A DNA stretch of 62,803 bases. Source: a virus. Taxonomy: Duplodnaviria > Caudoviricetes. Below, piece after piece: positions 35,992 through 44,790 of the stretch (its first letter is position 1; each line of letters starts with the position of its first letter). The position numbers were made by a program, and so were the translations under genes. The DNA is taken from positions 1 to 62,803 of the IMG/VR virus record IMGVR_UViG_3300030106_006483. The stretch is one strand, 5' to 3'. The notes under the pieces were generated by a model. The model saw nothing but the letters and a program-made list of their open reading frames with translations. It did no database searches and was not told the DNA's origin.

Positions 35992-36731
35992 AAAAGAAAC
36001 AAAAGAAAGCAAGAAAAGTAAAGATTCAAAAAGAATTGGATAAGATATCCTGTGGAAGTGCCAAATCATTTCCTAAACAATTAACTCGAGAAGATTTATT
36101 TAGATGTCCTATATGGTTTGCTGATGAACCTGCATTCGTAGATGATTTAAATAAAGCGTCTGATAAATATATAGAAGATTCTAAAAAGAATTTAAAAAAA
36201 GATATTGATAAAAGGAATAAGGAATTTGGAGATAAAGGAGATATGGGTAACGTGTTTCATTCTACATCATTAATCGGTGATCCTAATTTTAAACAATTAC
36301 AAGATTATATAGGTGCTACAGCCCATAATTTATTGGTAGAAATGGGTTTTGACTTAACCAATTATCAATTGTTTACTACAGAAATGTGGGTACAAGAGTT
36401 TGCTAAAAGAGGTGGTGGACACCATACTTTACATACTCATTGGAATGGTCACATATCCGGTTTTTATTTTTTAAAAGCTAGTGAGAAAACCTCTCGGCCT
36501 TTATTTGAAGATCCTCGGCCAGGAAACATAATGAATCTTTTACCAGAAAAAGATAAAACACAAGTAACCTATGCAAGTTCTCAAATTAATTATGATGTAA
36601 GACCAGGTCGTCTGATATTCTTCCCGTCTTATATGCCCCATCAATATATAGTAGATATGGGATATGAGCCATTTAGGTTTATTCACTGGAACTGTCAAGC
36701 TATACCGAAAGGAGTATTAAATGTCACCTAA
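35988..36731 (+). CDS. putative 2OG-Fe(II) oxygenase (TIGR02466-like)
   Basis: HTH..ISGFYFL, FEDPR, FFPSYMPH. Confidence 0.75.
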   Translation: MKKKQKKARKVKIQKELDKISCGSAKSFPKQLTREDLFRCPIWFADEPAFVDDLNKASDKYIEDSKKNLKKDIDKRNKEFGDKGDMGNVFHSTSLIGDPNFKQLQDYIGATAHNLLVEMGFDLTNYQLFTTEMWVQEFAKRGGGHHTLHTHWNGHISGFYFLKASEKTSRPLFEDPRPGNIMNLLPEKDKTQVTYASSQINYDVRPGRLIFFPSYMPHQYIVDMGYEPFRFIHWNCQAIPKGVLNVT

Positions 36732-37218
36732 AGTTGTAGAAAATTTTTTATCTCCTTCGAATTATAATGCTTTATACAGTGCCCTTACGAATGAATATTT
36801 TCCCTGGTATTATAATAATTATAAAGTTAAAGAAGTATCTGATAAATTATTTCACTATCAATTTACTCATGTTTTTTTTGAAAATAATAAAATTAATTCT
36901 AGTTATTTTACTATTTTACAATCTTTACTTGAAAAATTAAAACTTAAAACTTTAAAAAAAGTTAAAGCTAATTTAAACCCTATTAGTGACAAGTTAATAG
37001 AATTTAGTGAACATCAAGATGCTTTCAAAGAATTACAATGTACGAGCATGATATATTATCTTAACACTAATAACGGCTATACTAAAATAAAAAATAAAAA
37101 AATAAAATCTAAAGCAAATAAAGCTGTTTTTTTTCCATCTCACGCTTTTCATTTTGGAACAAATTCAACGGATTGTAATAACAGAATGGTGATAAATATA
37201 ATATATAAGGAGGATTAA
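36721..37218 (+). CDS. 2OG-Fe(II) oxygenase
   Basis: FPWY, HQD, IYYLNTNNGYT, H.G...RMVINI. Confidence 0.75.
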   Translation: MSPKVVENFLSPSNYNALYSALTNEYFPWYYNNYKVKEVSDKLFHYQFTHVFFENNKINSSYFTILQSLLEKLKLKTLKKVKANLNPISDKLIEFSEHQDAFKELQCTSMIYYLNTNNGYTKIKNKKIKSKANKAVFFPSHAFHFGTNSTDCNNRMVINIIYKED

Positions 37219-37854
37219 ATGTCATTCAAAAAGAATAAATATACAGTGTTAAAGGGAGTTATCAATAGAGAGATGGCTGATTTTTGTTTTGCTTATTTCT
37301 TAAATAAAAGAAAGGTAGCAAGATTTTTATTTGATCAAAAATATATATCCCCTTTTACTGAGTACTGGGGTGTATGGAATGATCAACAAGTCCCTAATAC
37401 TTATTCTCATTATGGAGATTTAGTCATGGAAACTTTATTACAAAAAGTTCAACCCGTTATGGAAAAACATACCGCGCTTAAGTTATGTCCTACATATTCC
37501 TATGCAAGAATTTATAAAAAAGGGGATGTGTTAGCTAGACATAAAGATAGATATTCGTGTGAAATTTCTACTACCTTAAATTTAGGAGGAGATGATTGGC
37601 CTATTTATTTAGAACCTTCTGGAAGAACGGGTCAAGCAGGTATTAAAGTAGATCTTAAACCTGGTGATATGTTAATATATTCAGGATGTGATCTTGAACA
37701 TTGGAGAGAAGAATTTACAGGCAAAGATTGTGCTCAAGTATTTTTACATTACAATAAAAAAGGTTCTAAACTAGCTAAAGAAAATGAGTTTGATAAGCGT
37801 CCATTTTTAGGACTTCCCGCTTGGTATAAAGGCTTTACATTACCTAAAAAATAA
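37219..37854 (+). CDS. 2OG-Fe(II) oxygenase
   Basis: YARIY, RHKDR.SCEIS, GDMLIYSG..LEHWR, QVFLHY. Confidence 0.75.
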   Translation: MSFKKNKYTVLKGVINREMADFCFAYFLNKRKVARFLFDQKYISPFTEYWGVWNDQQVPNTYSHYGDLVMETLLQKVQPVMEKHTALKLCPTYSYARIYKKGDVLARHKDRYSCEISTTLNLGGDDWPIYLEPSGRTGQAGIKVDLKPGDMLIYSGCDLEHWREEFTGKDCAQVFLHYNKKGSKLAKENEFDKRPFLGLPAWYKGFTLPKK

Positions 37855-37870
37855 ATTATAATAAAATCTG

Positions 37871-37905
37871 GTTGGGGGAACTCCACCACAATTCCCCCGA
37901 CTTTA
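37871..37905 (+). terminator. hairpin after oxygenase cluster
   Basis: GTTGGGGGAA ... TTCCCCCGAC-TTT. Confidence 0.5.
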
Positions 37906-37954
37906 TCATATTGATAAATCATTCGATCTAGTATAATTTCAATCAGGAGATTAT

Positions 37955-40162
37955 ATGTTAACAAAAATCACATTAAAACCGGGGTTAGATAAACAATCCT
38001 CAGATACAGGAGCAGAAGGTCGTTGGGTAAATGGCGATTATATGCGATTTAGATATAGTTATCCTGAGAAGATAGGAGGCTGGCAACAGCTTACGTCTAG
38101 TAATTTAGTAGGAGCTGGAAGAGATCAACATGCTTGGGTAGATAGAGCCGGAAATAAATATGTAGCAATTGGAACTAATAAAATGCTTTATGTTTATTTT
38201 GAAGGAGCAGTTTATGATATTACTCCATTAGATACTACAAAATCTCAAGCCGGGGTAGGAATTGGAACTTCGAATGGTTCCGATATAATTACTCTTACCT
38301 TTGCATCTGCTCACAATTTAGAGGTGGGAGACATTATATTATGTAGAAATGGTACCACAGTTTTTACTGCTCCACCTTCAAGTTCTTTTATAGCAGCTGA
38401 TTTTGATAATGATTTATTTGAAGTTTTAACTACTCCAAGTACTAAAACTTTAACTATTAAGATGACTCTTCTAGCTAATAATAATGAAACCGGAACTGGA
38501 GGAGCAGTAGCCACAACCACAATTGATCCTTATTATGCAATAGGGCCAGTTACTCAAGGTTATGGTTATGGATGGGGAACTAATACTTTTGGTGGTAGAG
38601 TTATTCCCCCTACACTAACTACTTTGAATGGAGCTCTAGCTGATGATGCTAATGGTAATAATGGTTCGGCTACAGAAATTACTTTAACATCAACTTCAGG
38701 ATTTACAGTTCCTTCTTCATCAACAGAAATTATTCAAGTAGGAAATGAGTTAATTGGATATACAGGAATTACAGGAAATAAAGTAACAGGAATTACAAGA
38801 GCATACAGCGGAAGTGCAAGATCTTCTCACTTGAATGGAGCTACGGTTTATGATGCCAGTAGCTATGTGGGTTGGGGCAGTGCAAGTACATCAGCTCAAG
38901 TTGTATTAGAACCAGGACAATGGAGATTAACTAACTATGGAGAAAACTTATTGGCTTTAGTACATAATAAAAAAGTATTTGAATGGGATCCAGATAGTGG
39001 ATCTGGTTTAACTGTTAGAGCAACTGTTTTAGCAAATGCACCAACTTCTTCAAGAGACATGGCTGTTTCTACTCCTGATAGACATTTAGTGTTTATTGGA
39101 ACCGAAACAACAATAGGTAGTTCAGGAACACAAGATGATATGTTTGTAAGATTTTCGGATCAAGAAAGTATTAACGCAACAGACTCTTATACTCCTAGTG
39201 CAACTAACACCGCGGGATCTCAAAGATTACCTGATGGATCTAAATTAATGGCAGTTATTGCGGGTAAAACAGCTTTATATGTTTGGTCGGATACAGCGAT
39301 GTATACTATGAAGTTTGTAGGTCAACCATTTACTTTTGGTTTTGAACAGGTTGGAACTAATTGCGGTATATCTAGTCAGCATGCACCTGTTGAAATAGAT
39401 GGTGTAGCTTATTGGATGGGACCAAATGGATTCTTTAAATATACTGGAGGTAGGGTTTACAGTATGCCTTGTCTAGTAGAAGATTACGTATTTGAAAATA
39501 TAAATGTTAATGCCAACCAACAAATTCATGGAGCAGTTAATAATTTATTTGGTGAAGTAACTTGGTTTTATTGTAGCAAAGGATCCGATGAAGTGGATCG
39601 TTCAGTAAGTTATAATTATATAGAATCTACAGACAGAGACCCTATTTGGACTACATCTTCTTTAGCAAGAACTACTTGGACTCCAGAAGGAGTTTACGGA
39701 AAACCTTATGCTACACAATACAAAACAGCTGTTGCTCCTACTGCTCCTGAAGTTAACGGAGTTACAAATGGGGCAAGTTATTTTTGGCAACATGAAATTG
39801 GAACTGATGAAGTTTTTGCTAGTGGTACCACTAATGCAATTACAGCAAGTATTGAATCAGGAGATTACGATATAAGTAAGGATCAGGGGCTACCAGGAGA
39901 AGGAGAATATATAATGAGAATTAGTAGATTTATACCTGACTTTGGAGCTCAAACAGGTGATGCTCAAGTAAGACTGACAACTAAAGCTTTTCCTAATAGT
40001 GTTGCGGTAGCTAATAACTATACCGCTACTACTTCAACAACCCAACTTAACACTAGGGTGAGAGCAAGACAAATTGCATTTAGAGTAGCAAATACAGGAA
40101 CCGGTGAAAACTGGCGACTAGGAACTTTTAGATTAGACATACACGCAGGAGGTAGAAGATAA
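37955..40162 (+). CDS. tail nozzle / tubular protein B-like (P22 gp10-like)
   Basis: PEKIGGW, VRFSDQE, beta-propeller-like pattern, GRR end; precedes ejection genes. Confidence 0.6.
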   Translation: MLTKITLKPGLDKQSSDTGAEGRWVNGDYMRFRYSYPEKIGGWQQLTSSNLVGAGRDQHAWVDRAGNKYVAIGTNKMLYVYFEGAVYDITPLDTTKSQAGVGIGTSNGSDIITLTFASAHNLEVGDIILCRNGTTVFTAPPSSSFIAADFDNDLFEVLTTPSTKTLTIKMTLLANNNETGTGGAVATTTIDPYYAIGPVTQGYGYGWGTNTFGGRVIPPTLTTLNGALADDANGNNGSATEITLTSTSGFTVPSSSTEIIQVGNELIGYTGITGNKVTGITRAYSGSARSSHLNGATVYDASSYVGWGSASTSAQVVLEPGQWRLTNYGENLLALVHNKKVFEWDPDSGSGLTVRATVLANAPTSSRDMAVSTPDRHLVFIGTETTIGSSGTQDDMFVRFSDQESINATDSYTPSATNTAGSQRLPDGSKLMAVIAGKTALYVWSDTAMYTMKFVGQPFTFGFEQVGTNCGISSQHAPVEIDGVAYWMGPNGFFKYTGGRVYSMPCLVEDYVFENINVNANQQIHGAVNNLFGEVTWFYCSKGSDEVDRSVSYNYIESTDRDPIWTTSSLARTTWTPEGVYGKPYATQYKTAVAPTAPEVNGVTNGASYFWQHEIGTDEVFASGTTNAITASIESGDYDISKDQGLPGEGEYIMRISRFIPDFGAQTGDAQVRLTTKAFPNSVAVANNYTATTSTTQLNTRVRARQIAFRVANTGTGENWRLGTFRLDIHAGGRR

Positions 40163-40329
40163 TGGCTAAAATATCAGAAGTGGTTGCAACAATTGAAGGA
40201 CCAGAATTTGATCAACAAAATGTTCAGAACTTGGCTAACAATGTTATTTCCATTGTACAAAAAATGAATACTACATATCAACAACAATTAAAGGACGAAC
40301 TAGAAGCCTTTACTTTATTTGTAGATTAA
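40162..40329 (+). CDS. small helical protein (not in ORF track)
   Basis: MAKISEVVATIEGPEFDQQNVQ...; TAATG coupling, AGGAGG upstream. Confidence 0.65.
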   Translation: MAKISEVVATIEGPEFDQQNVQNLANNVISIVQKMNTTYQQQLKDELEAFTLFVD

Positions 40330-40348
40330 GTTAGGATAAGAAAAAGAC

Positions 40349-40693
40349 ATGGCGAATGCATATAAAAATAGCATCTATACTACTACAGGAACAGGAGCGG
40401 AAACTATTTATACCGTACCATCTGCAACCGTAGGAATTGTTAAATCCCTTTCTATATTTAATGGAGTGGCAGGTACTACTAATCTAACTATTTCAATACT
40501 AGATAGCAGTGCAGGGACAACTACTTTTTATGCTAAAAACTCCAGTGTAGCAGCGGATGCTAAGGTAGAAATATTTGAAGGCGAAGCTAGCACTGTATTA
40601 GTTTTAGAAGAAGCAGACGCTATTAAAGTAACATCAAGCGGAGGTGCAGGAGTAGTCTGTACTTTAAGCGTATTACAACAGGATAGAGCATAA
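40349..40693 (+). CDS. structural protein
   Basis: IYTVPSAT, LVLEEADAIKV; resembles 30007 protein. Confidence 0.6.
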   Translation: MANAYKNSIYTTTGTGAETIYTVPSATVGIVKSLSIFNGVAGTTNLTISILDSSAGTTTFYAKNSSVAADAKVEIFEGEASTVLVLEEADAIKVTSSGGAGVVCTLSVLQQDRA

Positions 40694-40893
40694 TGACAAA
40701 AACAGTAAAAGTAGATGGCCAAGATGTGCCATTAATTGAACCAACAGAAATAATAGAAACCTTTACCAATATTAAAACAGGAGAAGTTTATAAGGATGAA
40801 GCAGCCTATAAAGCAGCTAATATTCCCCCAGAAGACTTAAGAAAAGATGTCAAAGTAATCATGCCTCCTCTTGATTTATTTGGTAAAAGCTAG
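40693..40893 (+). CDS. hypothetical protein
   Basis: coupled; NIKTGEVY. Confidence 0.65.
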   Translation: MTKTVKVDGQDVPLIEPTEIIETFTNIKTGEVYKDEAAYKAANIPPEDLRKDVKVIMPPLDLFGKS

Positions 40894-40962
40894 TAATAGT
40901 ATATATTCAGGCAAAATACCTGCACTCAAAGAGTATAACATTTTCAAGGAGAATTAAAAATT

Positions 40963-42720
40963 ATGGCCGATTGGTGGGATATAGTAAAAACAGGAGCTGA
41001 TATAGTCCTTTCAGGCGGAAAGGCTTACTTAGATTACAAGAGCAAAAAGAAACAAAATGAGATGATTCAAAAGTCTTATGATGATTATATGGCTCAACAA
41101 AAAGAAGCAGCTAAAGTTGCACAGAGAGCTGTTTCAACTAATCTTACCCCCATGACCGTTTTTAATAAACCCTCTACTAAAGCAGATGTAACAGACTTTA
41201 CTGCTGTTAAAGATGGCGGAATTATGAATTTAAAAAATGGATCTCGTCCAACATACCAAGAAGGAATTGGTCCATTGGTTGAACAAGTTTCTATGCAAGA
41301 AGATGTATCTGAAGTACCAGCAGGCGGAGATATGCCACCTGAACTTGCAGAATTAATTAGAAGTTTACACGCAGAACATTATGAAAGATTAAAAGCTATG
41401 GGTAAAACCGACGAAGAAATTATGAAAATTCTTATGGACATGGCTATGAGTATGATTCAAGCAGACGCACAAGGTAAAACTCCTGAAGGAATGGGAGTAG
41501 AGGTTCAAGCTGAAGAAATGATTGATGTAAAAAATGGTGGTATTATGGGACTAAGAAAAGGTGGTAGAAGTAATTATAGATCTCAAGGAATTGTAACAGA
41601 ATCGATAACTCAAGAAAATGAAATAGAGTCTCCACCTCAAGATGAAGTTAGGGTAAATGACATGCTTCTTGGAAGCCCAGATTATCAAGGAGGAATTACA
41701 ACCAGCGATATTATTAATCCAACAAGAACAGATGAAGACGTCCAAGCTGCAAGAGCAGATATAGAAAAATCTAACCAAGCAAATCAAATTCAAGAAACAG
41801 CTACAGTTCTTATAGAAGAACTGATACTGCCTCCAGAGGAAGCTCTAGAAGGAGCCCACAAGATAAACGCAGTTGAAAAAGCGGTTCCTGGTGCTAGTCG
41901 TATTGCTCTAATGTTAATAAAAAATCAGCTAATGGATGTAGACTCAGCTATAGACGCAGCTGTAAGGATGGTAAAGAGCTCTCAAATTGATCAATCATTA
42001 GCTCAAGGTGGTATCATAGGACTAAGAAAAGGTGGTAGAAGTAATTATAGATCTCAAGGTTTTGTAGATGAAGATGAAGATATAGAAGTAATGGACCCTG
42101 AATCACTAGGAGACTATGAACTTAAAATGGAAGAAGGAGTTGACATTGGTCCAATGGCTACTGGCCCGAGTGATAAATATGAAGCACAAATTCAAAAACT
42201 TATGCAAGAAATGAATATTAGTAGAGAATTAGCTGAAGCATTAATACTTGGTTCTGATCCTGCTTCAGTAGATTTCTTAAAAAATTTAAGAAAAGGTGGT
42301 ATTGCAGGTTTAAGACAAGGCGGAAGAATTGGGTATTCTGAAGGTAGTTGGGAAGCAGAATGGGACAGGCTTTATAACGACTACAAAGCAAAACAGATTG
42401 AATTAGGAAAAGAATTTGTATCTAAAGAAGAGTTTATAGATATGCATAGAGATAACAATGCTCAAGGCGGAAGAGTTCAAAGATACGGTGGGGGTGTGAT
42501 GGATCTTGGGGGAATAGAAAAAGATTATAGAACAACTGGGGGCTTTGTTGACATTGGTGGTAGAGAAAGAGCGGATGATGTTCCAGCTCGATTAAGTAGA
42601 AATGAATTTGTAATGACAGCCGATGCAGTAAGAGCTGCCGGCGGTGGTAGTATTAATAAAGGTGCACAAAGAATGTATAATGTAATGAAACATTTAGAAA
42701 CAAAAGGAGCTGCAGCTTAA
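40963..42720 (+). CDS. putative internal virion protein with many xxGG motifs
   Basis: C-terminal DDVPARLSRNEFVMTADAVR; repeated GGIMGLRKGG. Confidence 0.6.
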   Translation: MADWWDIVKTGADIVLSGGKAYLDYKSKKKQNEMIQKSYDDYMAQQKEAAKVAQRAVSTNLTPMTVFNKPSTKADVTDFTAVKDGGIMNLKNGSRPTYQEGIGPLVEQVSMQEDVSEVPAGGDMPPELAELIRSLHAEHYERLKAMGKTDEEIMKILMDMAMSMIQADAQGKTPEGMGVEVQAEEMIDVKNGGIMGLRKGGRSNYRSQGIVTESITQENEIESPPQDEVRVNDMLLGSPDYQGGITTSDIINPTRTDEDVQAARADIEKSNQANQIQETATVLIEELILPPEEALEGAHKINAVEKAVPGASRIALMLIKNQLMDVDSAIDAAVRMVKSSQIDQSLAQGGIIGLRKGGRSNYRSQGFVDEDEDIEVMDPESLGDYELKMEEGVDIGPMATGPSDKYEAQIQKLMQEMNISRELAEALILGSDPASVDFLKNLRKGGIAGLRQGGRIGYSEGSWEAEWDRLYNDYKAKQIELGKEFVSKEEFIDMHRDNNAQGGRVQRYGGGVMDLGGIEKDYRTTGGFVDIGGRERADDVPARLSRNEFVMTADAVRAAGGGSINKGAQRMYNVMKHLETKGAAA

Positions 42721-43637
42721 TGGCACAACAATTTGATACATCGGGAATGGGGTTACTCCCTTCTGGGGTTCTTCAACCGTACGGTGAAAATATTCTTAAA
42801 TATGGTATCGGGCAACTAGGATCTCCTATCGATGTAGGAGGATTAACTCCTAAAGTTGCAGGACAAACTGCTTTTCAACAACAAGCAGCTCAGGGAATTG
42901 CTGACCTTGCTGGTTTAGGTCAAGTTCAAAGAGACGCTAGTGGCCAGGTTACAGGGTTTACAGGCGGTACAGGTGTTGCATCTTATCAACCTTACTTAGA
43001 TCAAATTTCTCAACAACAGTTAATGGATCCTTCTCAAAGCTATCAACAATTTATGTCACCTTATCAGACAGCTGTAATAGATGAAACTTTAAAAGAATTT
43101 GACAAACAAGCAGCTATTCAAAAACAACAAATTGGAGGAGATGCCTATACTGCAGGAGCTTATGGAGGAGCTAGACAAGGTGTGGCAGAAGCAGAATACC
43201 AAACAGGCTCCGATAGAAACAGAGCAGCTTTAGTGGCAGGATTACAAAGTGATGCATATAACCAAGCTTTAACAAGAAGAGACCAACAGTTAGCTGATCT
43301 ACAAAATATGGCAACTTTTGTTCCCGGATTACAACAAACAAATATTGCAGCAATGGATGCATTAGGTGCACAAGATCAAGCATTAGAACAACAAAAATTA
43401 AACCAATTAGCAGCAGCTAATCAAACTGCATATCAATTACCACTGGATAGAATTACAGATGTTGCAAACGTTTACGGTACAGTATCTGGAGCAATGCCTG
43501 GATCACCAACACAGAAATTTACACAGGACCCAATACTTTCTGGTATTGGAGGATTTTCACAAATGTATTCAATGTTAAATCCAGCTGAAGGTAAAGGTGC
43601 AACGCAATCGTTAATAGATATGATTAGAGGAGCATAA
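42720..43637 (+). CDS. putative DNA ejection/pilot protein
   Basis: Gln/Ala-rich; FMSPYQ..VID, AGAYGGARQG. Confidence 0.55.
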   Translation: MAQQFDTSGMGLLPSGVLQPYGENILKYGIGQLGSPIDVGGLTPKVAGQTAFQQQAAQGIADLAGLGQVQRDASGQVTGFTGGTGVASYQPYLDQISQQQLMDPSQSYQQFMSPYQTAVIDETLKEFDKQAAIQKQQIGGDAYTAGAYGGARQGVAEAEYQTGSDRNRAALVAGLQSDAYNQALTRRDQQLADLQNMATFVPGLQQTNIAAMDALGAQDQALEQQKLNQLAAANQTAYQLPLDRITDVANVYGTVSGAMPGSPTQKFTQDPILSGIGGFSQMYSMLNPAEGKGATQSLIDMIRGA

Positions 43638-44785
43638 TGTTTAATAGAATTTTAAAAAGACCCATGTTTAGAAGAGGAGGAGCTAGCTTTTCTGTTCAAG
43701 GAACGGGAATTACTTCAGGGTTAGATACACCTAGAAGAGGATATAAAAGAGGACTGGTAGTTGAACCAGGAGGTTATCAAGGAGACATAGAGGTAGCTAC
43801 TATCAATAAACTTGAAGCCAAAGACAAATATAAGAAAGCGATAGAAGATCAGGGAAAAACTATTACTGAATCAATTAAAGCACCTAGTGGAGACATATTA
43901 GATTACTTTGCATCATTTTCTGATGTTCAAAAAGATCAATATGGTAATGACGAGACTGCGGGTCAAACAAGTTATCGAGGATACGAAAAGGTAATGGATA
44001 AAAGAAGAGAATACCAAGACAAAAAAGCTGCCGCACAAATAGCAGCAGGAGAAGCAGGTGTTGAAGGTGCTAAAACTATTTATGAAGCCACAACAGATGC
44101 AGAGATTAAAATGTTAACTCAAAAGTTAGCTAACGAAGGAGCAATTAACGTAGCAGAAATTGCAAACGCTTTTGAAAATACAGCTACAGGTGGAATGATT
44201 CAAGAAATTAAATCTAGAACAGATATTGATGAAAAGACAAAAAATAAAATGATTCAAGAAATAATAATGAAAAGTAATAAGCCAAAACTAATTGCTAATC
44301 TTACGCAAGCTATTCTAGATAATGCTAGTGCTAATATGATTAAAATGGATCCAGAAAAAGCTGCGCAACAAGCTGCTTCAATTGTAGGAAACATATATCT
44401 AATGATAGGTCTGGGGCAAACTTTTGCTAAAGGTGGCAGAGTTGGATTGCAACAATCTTATCCAGGAACTGTAGGACAAGCTCAAGTAGCTGCACCTCAA
44501 CAAGCTAGTTTTACAGAAACCGAGAATATTATGACTCCTAACCAAGACGTTCAAATTTCAGAAACTGAAACTGTTACTGGACAAAGACCAGTAGTTCAAA
44601 TGCCTTATGAAGAATTTAGAGCAGCCATCCCTGCTGAGGTTAGTGATGAAGTGGTACAATTAATCTATTATAATGAAGACGCCTTTGCAGATTTTTCTTC
44701 CATAAGTACTCAAGCGGATATCTATGCTTTCAACAACAAATACGGAGTGACTCTCGTGTTACCTATGGACACGGAGACAGTGTAG
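43637..44785 (+). CDS. putative internal virion protein
   Basis: LKRPMFRRGG N-terminus; FAKGGRVG. Confidence 0.55.
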   Translation: MFNRILKRPMFRRGGASFSVQGTGITSGLDTPRRGYKRGLVVEPGGYQGDIEVATINKLEAKDKYKKAIEDQGKTITESIKAPSGDILDYFASFSDVQKDQYGNDETAGQTSYRGYEKVMDKRREYQDKKAAAQIAAGEAGVEGAKTIYEATTDAEIKMLTQKLANEGAINVAEIANAFENTATGGMIQEIKSRTDIDEKTKNKMIQEIIMKSNKPKLIANLTQAILDNASANMIKMDPEKAAQQAASIVGNIYLMIGLGQTFAKGGRVGLQQSYPGTVGQAQVAAPQQASFTETENIMTPNQDVQISETETVTGQRPVVQMPYEEFRAAIPAEVSDEVVQLIYYNEDAFADFSSISTQADIYAFNNKYGVTLVLPMDTETV

Positions 44786-44790
44786 GATGA

